A DNA stretch of 64,000 nt from Rhodanobacteraceae bacterium (GTDB taxonomy: Bacteria > Pseudomonadota > Gammaproteobacteria > Xanthomonadales > Rhodanobacteraceae). Below, one piece after another: positions 9,815-18,969 of this stretch. The DNA lies in NCBI GenBank assembly GCA_025928585.1, contig JAICJG010000001.1, positions 548-64,547 on the forward strand. The letters are read 5' to 3'. The first letter of the stretch is position 1; each line of letters starts with the position of its first letter. The notes under the pieces were generated by a model. The model was given only the letters and a program-made list of their open reading frames with translations. It had not been told where the DNA came from and did not search any database. The position numbers and the translations under genes are program-made.

Positions 9815-11092
9815 TTATGCGGGAACCGGCGCCTGGTTGCGCGATGTCACCGGGTGCGTCAGCCACAAGCCGGTCACGAGCCCGAGCCACGCGGGCAAGC
9901 CGAACAGGATCCATGGCAGGTTGTGCTGTGGAAACCAGGGCATGAGTTTCGAAACCAGCGCAAACGCGGACAGCAACGCGAGGATCAGCGCGATCCCGAG
10001 CGTCGCCCGCGACGCACGGCGCCCAGGCTTGCGCAGGCGCAGCAGCCCCGGGACGAGCAGCCAGGCGCCGGGGTTGAACAACCACAGGTTTTCGTTGGCC
10101 CAGGCCGCGCGATGGGCCGTCGCGAACCACAGCACCAACAGCAGCACGCCGACCAGGCCTGCGAGTACGGCGTAGGCCGCGCCGACCAGGGCGAACCACC
10201 AGCGATCGACCGGGTAGCGGTCGCGCAACCACGCCGACGCCGCGAATGCCAGGCCGAGGACGACGCCGGCGATCAGCAGCGGCCAGCGCAGGTCGGGCGG
10301 TTCGGCGGGCGGCGAGGGCAGGCGCTGCGGCGACACCAGGGTTTGCGAGATGACCAGCGGTTTGCCGTCGGGGGCGTGCGCATGCGCGACGTCGCGCATC
10401 AGGAGCGCCGGCAGGAACGCGCCGGTCCATTCCGTCAACGGCTGGTCGGCGTACGGGCCGAGCCCGAGATCGAGCAGGTACATGAGCCAGGACTGCCCCG
10501 ACATCAGCCGGTCCGTTTCGCTGCGGTAGGTTTCCCCGCCGGAAGCCGGGCCGGTGAGCTGCCGGCGCAGCGCGCCGCCCAGCGCGGCGTCCAGCGCGTC
10601 GCGCACCCGGGTCGTGCAGTTGTCGGCGAAGTAGCGGTAGCGGTAGCGCGAGTTCTGCGGCTGCACGTTCCAGACCAGGAAGTCGCGCAAGGCCGCGCGC
10701 TGCGCCGGCGCGAGGTTCAGGCGCTGGTCGGTGATCGAGCGGCCTTCGCTGGTGAATTGCTGGATGTCGTCGGCAGCCGGCCACGCGGCCGCGCGGTAGA
10801 TCATGACGCCGCGCGCAAAGTTGAAGTAGAAATCCTTCTGGTTGAAGTCGAACAATCCGTAGTTGAAGGCGTAGGCTTCCCCGCTCGCGGTGTCGGTGAC
10901 GACCAGCGCATCGTGGCCGAAGCGCTCCCAATAGATCGTGCCGGGCCCGTAGGTGTAGAGGTCCACGCGCAGGTCGGCGCCGGGAGCGTCGATGACACCG
11001 GCCCGGGCGAGGGGCGCCAGCAGGAAGCACAGCAGCAAGGCGACATTCGTCCCCCATGCGCGGACGAGGGTCGAGCGGGGTGAATCGCGCAT
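9815..11092 (-). CDS. DUF4105-type periplasmic/membrane protein (Lnb N-terminal domain-like)
   Basis: ATG at 11092 (MRDSPRSTLVRAWGTNVALLLCFLLAPLARA, a signal peptide). It is followed by YTYGPGTIYWERFGHDALVVTD...AYAFNYGLFDF...YRYRYFADNCTTRVRDALD and several C-terminal TM helices. The stop is 8 nt before the corA start. Confidence 0.7.
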   Translation of the reverse strand: MRDSPRSTLVRAWGTNVALLLCFLLAPLARAGVIDAPGADLRVDLYTYGPGTIYWERFGHDALVVTDTASGEAYAFNYGLFDFNQKDFYFNFARGVMIYRAAAWPAADDIQQFTSEGRSITDQRLNLAPAQRAALRDFLVWNVQPQNSRYRYRYFADNCTTRVRDALDAALGGALRRQLTGPASGGETYRSETDRLMSGQSWLMYLLDLGLGPYADQPLTEWTGAFLPALLMRDVAHAHAPDGKPLVISQTLVSPQRLPSPPAEPPDLRWPLLIAGVVLGLAFAASAWLRDRYPVDRWWFALVGAAYAVLAGLVGVLLLVLWFATAHRAAWANENLWLFNPGAWLLVPGLLRLRKPGRRASRATLGIALILALLSAFALVSKLMPWFPQHNLPWILFGLPAWLGLVTGLWLTHPVTSRNQAPVPA

Positions 11093-11247
11093 GGGTGAAG
11101 GCTGCCGTGGCAAAAGGACGTCACATGATAAAGGCATGCCGCGAGACGGCATCCCCGACCCTGCGCGCTGCGCGTCGCGCCCGCACCTCGTGCGACCTTC
11201 CTGCGGAAGGGATGAGCGTTTTGTGCCCTGTCGGGTCTCGAGCCGCG

Positions 11248-12090
11248 CTATGCAGCGCTCCCCCTGCGAACGCGGAGCTGCTGCACGCGCCGGTCGTCGG
11301 CGCGGATCACGTCGAACGACCATTCGCCGAGCGAGGCCGATTCGCCGGGATCGGGCAGATGGCCGATCTCGGCGGTGACGAGGCCGCCGATGGTGTCGTA
11401 TTCCTCGTCGGAGAACGCGGTCCGGAAGTGTTCGTTGAAATCCTCGATCGAGGTCAGTGCATCCACCAGCGCGCTGCCATCCGGCTGCGCGACGATCAGC
11501 TTCGGCGGCACTGCTTCGTCGTGCTCGTCGTCGATCTCGCCGACGATCTCCTCGAGCACGTCCTCGATGGTCACGAGACCCGCGACGCCACCGTATTCGT
11601 CCACCACCACCGCCATGTGGTTGCGCGAGCGGCGGAACTCGGCCAGCAGCACGTTGAGGCGCATCGATTCGGGGATCATCACCGCGCGCCGCAGCAGCGC
11701 ACGCACATCCAGCGCGCCGCCCTGGTCGCGGCGAAGCAGGTCCTTGGCGAGCAGGATCCCGAGGATCTCGTCCTTGTCCTCGCCGTGCACGGGGAAACGC
11801 GAGTGGCCGGATTCGACCACCGTGTCGAGGATCTTCGGGAGATCGTCGTCGACGTCCAGCATCACCATTTGCGCGCGCGGCACCATCACGTCGGCGACCA
11901 CCATCTCGGTGACGCGCATCGCGCCTTCGATCATCGCGAAGGTTTCGCTGGTCAGCAGGCCGTTGGTCTGCGACTCGCGCAGTTCTTCGAGCAGTTCCCC
12001 GGCGTTGCGGGGTTCACCGGTGAGGAGATGGCCCAGGCGGTCCCACAGTGACCGGTGGGCGGGGCCGATGGTACTTGGCGGTTCGGACAT
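11248..12090 (-). CDS. corC: CorC/YbeX-type CBS-domain divalent-ion efflux accessory protein
   Basis: ATG at 12090 (MSEPPSTIG...). It has a CBS pair (VADVMVPRAQM..., SRFPV) and a CorC_HlyC C-terminal domain (EYDTIGGLV...). It sits in the conserved ybeZ-ybeY-ybeX order. Confidence 0.9.
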   Translation of the reverse strand: MSEPPSTIGPAHRSLWDRLGHLLTGEPRNAGELLEELRESQTNGLLTSETFAMIEGAMRVTEMVVADVMVPRAQMVMLDVDDDLPKILDTVVESGHSRFPVHGEDKDEILGILLAKDLLRRDQGGALDVRALLRRAVMIPESMRLNVLLAEFRRSRNHMAVVVDEYGGVAGLVTIEDVLEEIVGEIDDEHDEAVPPKLIVAQPDGSALVDALTSIEDFNEHFRTAFSDEEYDTIGGLVTAEIGHLPDPGESASLGEWSFDVIRADDRRVQQLRVRRGSAA

Positions 12091-12366
12091 AGAAGGCAAC
12101 ACGTCCCCGCAGGGGCGGGTCGTCCATTGTAGCGGATGCGCGTGGCCGTCGCAGGAGCGCGCCATTGTCGACGGTAGCCCCGAGGCGGGGCGGCGACTGC
12201 GTTGGCAGGATTGCAAATGTCAACGTCGAAGGCGGGCCGCAGGGTGAGCGACATGGATGTCGCGAATCAATCCGCAAACGGTATGCCCCGGATTCCACTG
12301 GCGCGGTCCATCCGGGTTACCCGGCAGGGCGTGTGGCTGGGGTAGGGACAGCTCTCTCATTCGGCA

Positions 12367-12924
12367 TCAGTACGGGTTGGCGATGTCGAGTGAAGCGAGA
12401 ATGCGCGCCTCGAGCGCTTCCATCCGCGTGGCGTCGCGTTCGCGCTGGTGATCGTGGCCGAGCAGGTGCAGCACGCCGTGCACGGCGAGGTGCGCGTAGT
12501 GGTCGCGCAGGGGCTTGGCCTGCTCGCGTGCCTCGCGCTCCACCACCGGCGCAGAAATCACGATGTCGCCCAGCAGGGGTGCCGCGACGCCCGAAGGCAG
12601 TTCGGCGGGGAACGACAGCACGTTCGTGGCGTAATCCCGGCCGCGGTAGCGGCGATTCAGCGAGCGGCCTTCGCGTGCACCCACGATGCGGATCGACAGT
12701 TCAGCCGGGCCTCGATGTCCGGCACCCGCCAATGCCGCCGCGACCCAGCGGCGAAAGCTCACGGCCGCCGGACTGCCGCGACGGGGAAGGGCGTAGCCGA
12801 CATGCACGACGGGAACCGGGACCCGCGACCCGGGACCCGAGGTTGCGTTCCGCAGCGGTGCCGATGCTGGTTGGCCACCATCCGCGCGGCGGTGAGGCGA
12901 ATGGGTTCTGGAGGATGGGCTCAC
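12367..12924 (-). CDS. ybeY: rRNA maturation endoribonuclease YbeY; N-terminus uncertain (alternative GTG start at 12807)
   Basis: Contains ATNVLSFP and the zinc motif HLAVHGVLHLLGHDH. The first 39 codons (from the GTG at 12924) run through a GGGACC-rich repeat arm and are low complexity. The GTG at 12807 would give a 146-aa protein of normal YbeY size. Confidence 0.85.
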   Translation of the reverse strand: MSPSSRTHSPHRRADGGQPASAPLRNATSGPGSRVPVPVVHVGYALPRRGSPAAVSFRRWVAAALAGAGHRGPAELSIRIVGAREGRSLNRRYRGRDYATNVLSFPAELPSGVAAPLLGDIVISAPVVEREAREQAKPLRDHYAHLAVHGVLHLLGHDHQRERDATRMEALEARILASLDIANPY

Positions 12925-12975
12925 GATGCGCGGCTTCAGCTTTCCCGGGTCCCGGGCCCCGGGCCCCGCGTCCCG
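12811..12975. repeat. MITE/REP-like element, about 165 bp, with GGGACC-rich inverted ends (copy 1)
   Basis: The left arm is gggaaccgggacccgcgacccgggacccg (12811-12839). The right arm is cccgggtcccgggccccgggccccgcgtcccg (12944-12975) and is close to its reverse complement. The element fills the phoH-ybeY junction. Confidence 0.6.
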
Positions 12976-13946
12976 TTTTCACTCTCTTCCGCCTTCTCGT
13001 ATGCCCGCACGATCTTCGCGACCAGTGGATGGCGCACCACGTCGCGCGCGGTGAAGAAGGTGAAGCTGATGCCCTCGACGCCACGCAGTACCTCGATCAC
13101 GTTGCGGAGGCCCGAACGCGTGCTGCGCGGCAGGTCGACCTGCGTGACGTCGCCGGTGACGACGGTGGTGGTGCCGAAACCGATGCGGGTCAGGAACATC
13201 TTCATCTGCTCGGCGGTGCTGTTTTGCGCCTCGTCGAGGATCACGAACGAATCATTGAGCGTGCGTCCGCGCATGTACGCGAGCGGTGCGATTTCGATCA
13301 CGCTGCGTTCGATCAGCCGCGCGACGCGGTCGAAGCCGAGCATTTCGTACAGGGCGTCGTACAACGGGCGCAGATAGGGATCGACCTTCTGGGCTAGGTC
13401 GCCCGGCAGGAAACCGAGCTTCTCGCCGGCCTCGACGGCGGGCCGCACCAGGATCAGGCGTTGCACCCGGCCGGTTTCGAGGGCCTCGACCGCGCTCGCT
13501 ACCGCGAGGTAGGTCTTGCCGGTGCCGGCCGGCCCGATTCCGAAATTGAGGTCGTTGCCGGCGATCGCGTGCAGGTAGCGCACCTGGTTCGGGCCGCGGC
13601 CGCGGATGGTCCCGCGCTTCACCTTGATCATGACTTCCGGCGCGCCTTCGACCTGCTGGTCCGCCAGCGCGTCGACACCCGCTTCGGACAGCCGCAGGTT
13701 CAGCACGCGGCCGTTCAAGGTCTCGCGTTCGGTGGCCTCGTACAGCGAACGCAGCACGCGCTCGCCGGATTTCACCGCGGGTTCTTCGCCGATCACCCGG
13801 AACACGTTGCCGCGATTGTTGATCTCGACGCCGAGGCGCAATTCGATCTGGCGCAGGTGCTCGTCGAACGGACCGCACAGGTTCGCGAGCCGTTGCGTGT
13901 CGTCGGGTTCGAGCGTGAAGTCGTGCTGGACGATGCCGTCGGTCAT
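12936..13946 (-). CDS. phoH: PhoH-like ATPase (YbeZ)
   Basis: Contains the Walker A GPAGTGKTYLAVA, plus RPAVEAGEKLGFLPGDL, DPYLRPLYDAL and FVILDEAQN. The C-terminal tail NGTRGPGPGTRES is encoded by a repeat arm. Confidence 0.93.
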   Translation of the reverse strand: MTDGIVQHDFTLEPDDTQRLANLCGPFDEHLRQIELRLGVEINNRGNVFRVIGEEPAVKSGERVLRSLYEATERETLNGRVLNLRLSEAGVDALADQQVEGAPEVMIKVKRGTIRGRGPNQVRYLHAIAGNDLNFGIGPAGTGKTYLAVASAVEALETGRVQRLILVRPAVEAGEKLGFLPGDLAQKVDPYLRPLYDALYEMLGFDRVARLIERSVIEIAPLAYMRGRTLNDSFVILDEAQNSTAEQMKMFLTRIGFGTTTVVTGDVTQVDLPRSTRSGLRNVIEVLRGVEGISFTFFTARDVVRHPLVAKIVRAYEKAEESENGTRGPGPGTRES

Positions 13947-13973
13947 AGGCGCGCGAGGACCACCTGTCTAACC

Positions 13974-14008
13974 CTTCTCCCCTCCGGGAGAAGGTGGCGC
14001 GAAGCGCC
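13974..14008. repeat. REP-like GC hairpin, family A (cttctccc-ctcc-gggagaag plus ggcgc-gaa-gcgcc)
   Basis: Read directly. It lies between the miaB stop and the phoH start. Confidence 0.7.
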
Positions 14009-14050
14009 GGTTGAGCGTTCGGGTTGTAGATGACGCCGGGTCTGTGATCG

Positions 14051-14088
14051 GACCCTCATCCCAACCCCTCTTCCGAGGGGACAGGGGC
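14051..14088. repeat. REP-like GC hairpin, family A, inverted orientation (cccctc-ttcc-gagggg)
   Basis: Read directly. It overlaps the last 11 codons and the stop of miaB. Confidence 0.7.
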
Positions 14089-15480
14089 CAGTACGCGGGC
14101 ACGTAGCGAGTTCGTCAGCGCGGCGGTGATCACGACATCGACAAATTGTCCGATCAAACGCCCGTCGCCGGCGAAATTCACCTGGCGCATGTTCTCGGTC
14201 TTGCCGGTGAGTTCTTTCGGGTTCTTCTTCGAGGGCCCTGTGACGAGGATGCGCTGGGTGGTGCCGACCATCGCCTCGCCGATCCTCGCCGCGTGGAAAT
14301 TCAGCAGTTCCTGCAATCGCGACAGCCGCTGGTGCTTCACCGCGTCCGGCGTCGGATCGAACAGGTTGGCCGCGGGCGTCCCGGGCCGCTTGGAGTAGAT
14401 GAACGAGAACGACTGGTCGAAGTCCACGTCCTCGATCAGTTGCAGCGTCTGCGCGAAATCGGCGTCGGTCTCGCCGGGAAAGCCCACGATGAAATCACTG
14501 GAGACCGAGATGCCCGGCCGCACCACGCGAAGTTTCGCGATCTTCTCCCGGAACATCGCCGCGGTGTAGTTGCGCTTCATCATCGTCAGGATGCGGTCGG
14601 AACCCGACTGCACCGGCAGGTGCAGGAAGTTCGCGAGCTTCGGCACGTCGCGATACGCGGCGATCAGCGAATCGGAAAACTCCAGCGGGTGCGAGGTGGT
14701 GAAGCGGATCCGGCCGACGCCGTCGATCTCGGCAATGGCGCGGATCAGCAAGGCCAGATCCGCGGTGCCGCCCCCGAACATCGGGCCGCGATAGGCGTTG
14801 ACGTTCTGGCCGAGGAGGTTGATTTCCTTGACGCCTTGCTCCGCGAGTGAGGCGACTTCCGCCAGCACGTCGTCGAACGGGCGCGAAATTTCCTCGCCGC
14901 GGGTGTAGGGCACCACGCAGAACGAGCAGTATTTCGAGCAGCCTTCCATGATCGACACGAACGCGGCCGGGCCCTCCGCACGCGGCTCCGGCAGCCGATC
15001 GAACTTCTCGATGTCGGGGAAGGAAACATCGACCTGCGGCTTGCCGGTCTTGCGGCGCGCATCGATCAGGTCGGGCAGGCGGTGCAGGGTCTGCGGGCCG
15101 AACACGAGGTCGACGTAGGGCGCGCGCTCGACAATGGCTTCGCCTTCCTGCGAGGCCACGCAGCCGCCGACGCCGATCAGCACACCGGGCCTTGCCTGCT
15201 TGAATTCCTTCCAGCGCCCGAGTTGCGAGAACACCTTCTCCTGCGCCTTCTCGCGGATCGAGCAGGTGTTCACGAGGATGACGTCGGCTTCGGCCACATC
15301 GTGGGTGCGCAGCATGCCGCGCTCGGCGCCGAGCACCTCCTCCATCTTGCGGGAGTCGTACTCGTTCATCTGGCAGCCATGGGTCTGGATGAAGAGCTTC
15401 CCCGGCGCGGCTTGCCGGAGAGCGGTCTGGTCCGATGCCGCCGCCGGAGTGGCGTTGGCGGGGATGGGGGTGTCGGCCAT
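14056..15480 (-). CDS. miaB: tRNA-2-methylthio-N6-dimethylallyladenosine synthase
   Basis: ATG at 15480 (MADTPIP...). It has GCQMNEYDS, the radical-SAM [21 protein letters not shown] and a TRAM C-terminus. The last 11 codons and the stop lie in a REP-like hairpin. The upstream part of the track ORF (to 16056) is rejected. Confidence 0.93.
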   Translation of the reverse strand: MADTPIPANATPAAASDQTALRQAAPGKLFIQTHGCQMNEYDSRKMEEVLGAERGMLRTHDVAEADVILVNTCSIREKAQEKVFSQLGRWKEFKQARPGVLIGVGGCVASQEGEAIVERAPYVDLVFGPQTLHRLPDLIDARRKTGKPQVDVSFPDIEKFDRLPEPRAEGPAAFVSIMEGCSKYCSFCVVPYTRGEEISRPFDDVLAEVASLAEQGVKEINLLGQNVNAYRGPMFGGGTADLALLIRAIAEIDGVGRIRFTTSHPLEFSDSLIAAYRDVPKLANFLHLPVQSGSDRILTMMKRNYTAAMFREKIAKLRVVRPGISVSSDFIVGFPGETDADFAQTLQLIEDVDFDQSFSFIYSKRPGTPAANLFDPTPDAVKHQRLSRLQELLNFHAARIGEAMVGTTQRILVTGPSKKNPKELTGKTENMRQVNFAGDGRLIGQFVDVVITAALTNSLRARVLAPVPSEEGLG

Positions 15481-15639
15481 CGCAGTGGGTCGAGCGGTGA
15501 AATGCCTATTGTAGGGGTGGTAGCGGGTAGCGGCCCGGACGGGCAGCGCTTCGCACACGCACCCACGGATGTGAGCGTCCGCCCGTTCCGGGAACGCGCC
15601 GCTTGGCATTCGGCGGGCGCAGGGGCACACTGCGGGCCC

Positions 15640-16839
15640 ATGAACGCCACACTTCGCCCGGGGGCGCGCGGCGGCAGGCGAGGGTTGCCCCGACCGGAAC
15701 CGATCGGCGCCGCAGCGATCGCGGTGGCGTGCGCGGTGTTGCTGGTCTTCGGCTGGGCCGGTCCGGTCTCGGCCAGCGTCCTGTATCGCTGCGTCGGCAA
15801 GGGCGGCGTGATCGCCTTCGTCAGTCACACGGCGGGCTACCGGGATTGCCGCAAGGTCGGTGCCTGGCACACCGCCACCGCGCGTTTGGTCGCGGCAAGC
15901 GTCCGCGTCGCGGCGCCGCCGGCATCGCGGCAGTCCAGCGGTGCGGTGCTGCCCGGCAAGCCGCCCCGCCCGGTCAAGGCCAATCCCGCGGTGCTGAAGG
16001 TGACGCCGCTCGGCCAGCCGGCGACCATCGAGGTGCAGCCGTTGATTCGCCAGCATGCGTGGCAGCCGCTGCCGGTGGCGATCCTGGATTCGCTGGCCAA
16101 GCGGTTGCTGCCGCGCCTGCTCGGTCTTGAGACGTCTCCGCCACCGCGACCGCCAGCGAGCAGCGGGCCGACGCCTGCATCCGGTGCGACCGCGGCGATT
16201 CCGCTGAAGCTCCAGGCCGACGTGCCGCAGCCGCCGCGACGCGGGGCGGTGTACCGGGTGCGGGAGAAGAACGGCACGGTGCTCTACACCAATATCGCGT
16301 CACTCGCCAAGCGCGGCGACGCGACCCGGTTGTTCACCTATATCGTCGAGTGCTACGCATGCAACCTGCATTCGAAGATCAACTGGAACACCGTGCCGCT
16401 GCACCTCGCGGCCTACCGTGACGACATTCGCAGCGCGGCGGCGCTGACCGGCGTCGATGCGGCATTGCTGCGCGCGGTGATCCACGCCGAGTCCGGATTC
16501 AACGCCGGTGCCCTGTCGTACAAGGGCGCACAGGGCCTGATGCAGTTGATGCCGGGCACCGCGTCCGAGCTGGGGGTGGCGGATGCCTTCGACCCGGCAC
16601 AGAACATCTCGGGTGGCGCCCGCTACCTGGCGGCCTTGCTGCACGATTACCACGGCGACGTGAAGCTCGCCGCGGCGGCCTACAACGCGGGGGCGGGCGC
16701 GGTCACGAAGTACGGTGGAGTGCCGCCGTACGCGGAAACACGGGTCTACGTGAAACGGGTGGCGTTGCTGTACCAGCGCTACCGCAAGGCCCTGGCCGGA
16801 GCGGGTGCGGCCCTGGCTGCCGCCGACGGCGCAGGATGA
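15640..16839 (+). CDS. Lytic transglycosylase (SLT domain) with DUF4124-like N-terminal repeats
   Basis: ATG at 15640 (MNATLRP..., then a hydrophobic signal [17 protein letters not shown]). It has [15 protein letters not shown] and [16 protein letters not shown] (DUF4124-like). The SLT catalytic block is [30 protein letters not shown]...AYNAGAGAV. Confidence 0.85.
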   Translation: MNATLRPGARGGRRGLPRPEPIGAAAIAVACAVLLVFGWAGPVSASVLYRCVGKGGVIAFVSHTAGYRDCRKVGAWHTATARLVAASVRVAAPPASRQSSGAVLPGKPPRPVKANPAVLKVTPLGQPATIEVQPLIRQHAWQPLPVAILDSLAKRLLPRLLGLETSPPPRPPASSGPTPASGATAAIPLKLQADVPQPPRRGAVYRVREKNGTVLYTNIASLAKRGDATRLFTYIVECYACNLHSKINWNTVPLHLAAYRDDIRSAAALTGVDAALLRAVIHAESGFNAGALSYKGAQGLMQLMPGTASELGVADAFDPAQNISGGARYLAALLHDYHGDVKLAAAAYNAGAGAVTKYGGVPPYAETRVYVKRVALLYQRYRKALAGAGAALAAADGAG

Positions 16840-16898
16840 CGGTTGATGGGGCTGATCACCGGATATCCCGCACGCAGGTTCCCACCAGCGCGGCTTCG

Positions 16899-17112
16899 GT
16901 AGGTTGGGCTGATCCCGGACTCGTTCCGGGAGAAGCCCAACGGCCGCCGATCCTTCGCGGATGCATGGCCACCAGCCTCGTTGGGCTTCGCTGCGCTCGG
17001 CACCAACGTACAAGAGCGCTCTGACATTGCTTCCCCAACAGCCGCCGATCGGCCGCGGATGGAATGGGTCGCGACCGTCGTTGGGCTTCGCTGTGCTCGG
17101 CACCAACCTACA
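16899..17112. repeat. Cluster of REP-type hairpins (family C), including a 100-bp-period tandem pair
   Basis: One hairpin is gtaggttgggct...agcccaac (16899-16941). cgttgggcttcgctgCgctcggcaccaacGtaca (16979-17012) recurs exactly 100 bp later as cgttgggcttcgctgTgctcggcaccaacCtaca (17079-17112). The preceding about 35 bp are also similar. Confidence 0.8.
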
Positions 17113-17136
17113 GGGCGTTCACCCGTTCGGCGATTC

Positions 17137-17943
17137 TCAGCGCTTCAGCGCGGACGTCAGCGCGGGCGCGATCGCCTCGACGATTTGTTCCGCGAGCATG
17201 TGGTTGGCGGCGACGATGTTGCCGGATCCGGGCAAGCCGTCGCGGCCGACGAGGTCGCAGTAGCGGCCACCGGCCTCGCGCACCAGCAGGCACCCCGCAG
17301 CCATGTCCCAGACCTCGAGGCCCGTCTCGAAATAGCCGTCCAGACGTCCGTTGGCCGTCCATGCCAGGTCGAGCGCGGCGGAGCCGGCGCGGCGGATGTC
17401 CTCGGCCCGCTTCAGCACCTCGCGGGTCATCGCGAGCTGGGCGTCCAGATGCTGGCGCTGGCGGTATGGGAAACCGGTGGCAAGCATCGCGCCGTCCAGC
17501 GATTCGCGCCGGCCGACGCGGATGCGACGGTCGTTCAGGAACGCGCCATCGCCTTTGCTGGCGGTAAAGATCTCATTGCGCAGCGGATCGAGGATCACCG
17601 CGTGCACGGGTTCGCCGCGGTCGAGCTGTGCGATCGAAACCGCGAACTGCGGGATCCCGCGCAGGTAGTTGTGGGTGCCGTCCAGCGGGTCGACGGCCCA
17701 GGTGAAGCGGGCGCCGGCCTTGCCCGATGCGCCGCTTTCTTCGCCGAGGATCGCGTGGTCCGGGTAGGCGCGGCGCAGCTCGCGCACGATCTCGGCTTCC
17801 GCCTGGCGGTCGACTTCGGACACGAAATCGAGGTGGCGCTTCTCGGAAACGACCACGCTGTCGAGCCGATTCATGTAGCGGAGGATCACGCTGCCCGCGG
17901 CGCGCGCGGCACGGATCGCAACGGTGACGGCAGGACGGGCCAT
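17137..17943 (-). CDS. suhB: Inositol monophosphatase family protein SuhB
   Basis: ATG at 17943 (MARPAVTVAIRAARAAG). IMPase motifs are FVSEVDRQAE, WAVDPLDGTHNY and WDMAAG. It is divergent from trmJ, as in E. coli. Confidence 0.93.
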   Translation of the reverse strand: MARPAVTVAIRAARAAGSVILRYMNRLDSVVVSEKRHLDFVSEVDRQAEAEIVRELRRAYPDHAILGEESGASGKAGARFTWAVDPLDGTHNYLRGIPQFAVSIAQLDRGEPVHAVILDPLRNEIFTASKGDGAFLNDRRIRVGRRESLDGAMLATGFPYRQRQHLDAQLAMTREVLKRAEDIRRAGSAALDLAWTANGRLDGYFETGLEVWDMAAGCLLVREAGGRYCDLVGRDGLPGSGNIVAANHMLAEQIVEAIAPALTSALKR

Positions 17944-18044
17944 GGATGAATCCGGATGATGGGGGGACTGAAAAAGAACGCGCCGCTCGGCGCGGCGCGG
18001 GTTCGAGTTTAACAGCGCCCGCGCTGCGCCGTTACTCTGGCTGG

Positions 18045-18818
18045 ATGAACCAGTCGACCGGCAACTTGCCGCCACCACCGCAGTCCATCCGCTTCGTGCT
18101 GGCGCGCACGTCGCATCCCGGCAACATCGGCGCCGCCGCGCGCGCGATCCGCACGATGGGCTTCTGGCGCATGTTGCTGGTGGCGCCCCGGCGATACCCC
18201 GACCCGCAGGCGACCGCAATGGCCGCGGGTGCCGACGACGTGCTCGCGAACCTGAGGCTTGCGGACAGCGTGCGGGGCGCCGTCGCCGATTGCGAGCGCG
18301 TGTACGGCCTGTCCGCCCGCCGTCGCGGCGTGAACCTTCCGGAACTCGATCCACGTTCGGCGGTCGCGGAAATCGCGCCGATGCTGCAGCAGGAGAGGCA
18401 AGTGGCGCTGCTGTTCGGCAACGAACGCTCGGGTCTCGACAACGACGAGCTGTCGGTGTGCCATGCCATGGTGCGGATCCCGAGCGTCGAGGAGTTTGCA
18501 TCCCTCAACCTGGCGCAGGCGGTGCAACTGATGGCGTGGGAGCTGCGGATGGCCGTGCTCGGTGAGGTTCCCGCGCCGCCGGCGGCGTGCGACGAGCCGG
18601 CCAGTGCCGAGCAGATGGAACGCTTTTTCGAGCATCTGTTCGCAACCCTGCACGCGATCGATTTCCACAAGGGCCGCTCGGCGATCACCATCGAGCAGCG
18701 CCTGCGCCGGTTGTTCCATCGCGCGATGCCGGACGCGCGCGAGCTGCGGATCCTGCACGGCGTGCTCGCCGACGCGGAACGGATGGCGCGATTGGCGGAA
18801 GAGGCGGGCAAACCGTAG
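18045..18818 (+). CDS. trmJ: tRNA (cytidine/uridine-2'-O)-methyltransferase TrmJ (SpoU class)
   Basis: ATG at 18045. Contains IRFVLARTSHPGNIGAAARAIRTMG, LLFGNERSGL and IPS...SLNLAQAV. Confidence 0.88.
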   Translation: MNQSTGNLPPPPQSIRFVLARTSHPGNIGAAARAIRTMGFWRMLLVAPRRYPDPQATAMAAGADDVLANLRLADSVRGAVADCERVYGLSARRRGVNLPELDPRSAVAEIAPMLQQERQVALLFGNERSGLDNDELSVCHAMVRIPSVEEFASLNLAQAVQLMAWELRMAVLGEVPAPPAACDEPASAEQMERFFEHLFATLHAIDFHKGRSAITIEQRLRRLFHRAMPDARELRILHGVLADAERMARLAEEAGKP

Positions 18819-18902
18819 ATCGCATCGGCGACGGCACCCCGCCGCTGCGCGGCGGCGCTTCGCGCGCGTCGCCGGACCGGCCGGTCCGCAAGCGTAGCGG
18901 GT

Positions 18903-18924
18903 GCGCAGCAGCGCGCTGCTGCGC
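18903..18924. terminator. Perfect GC-rich palindrome (gcgcagcag-cgcg-ctgctgcgc) between convergent trmJ and the CNNM gene; possible bidirectional terminator
   Basis: A 9-bp stem was read directly from the sequence. A second palindrome, cggaccggccggtccg, lies at about 18872-18888. There is no canonical U-tract directly after the stem, so the call is tentative. Confidence 0.3.
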
Positions 18925-18969
18925 CGTTCGTCTGCAAAACCGGACCAGGGTTGTTTTCTTTGCGCTCCG

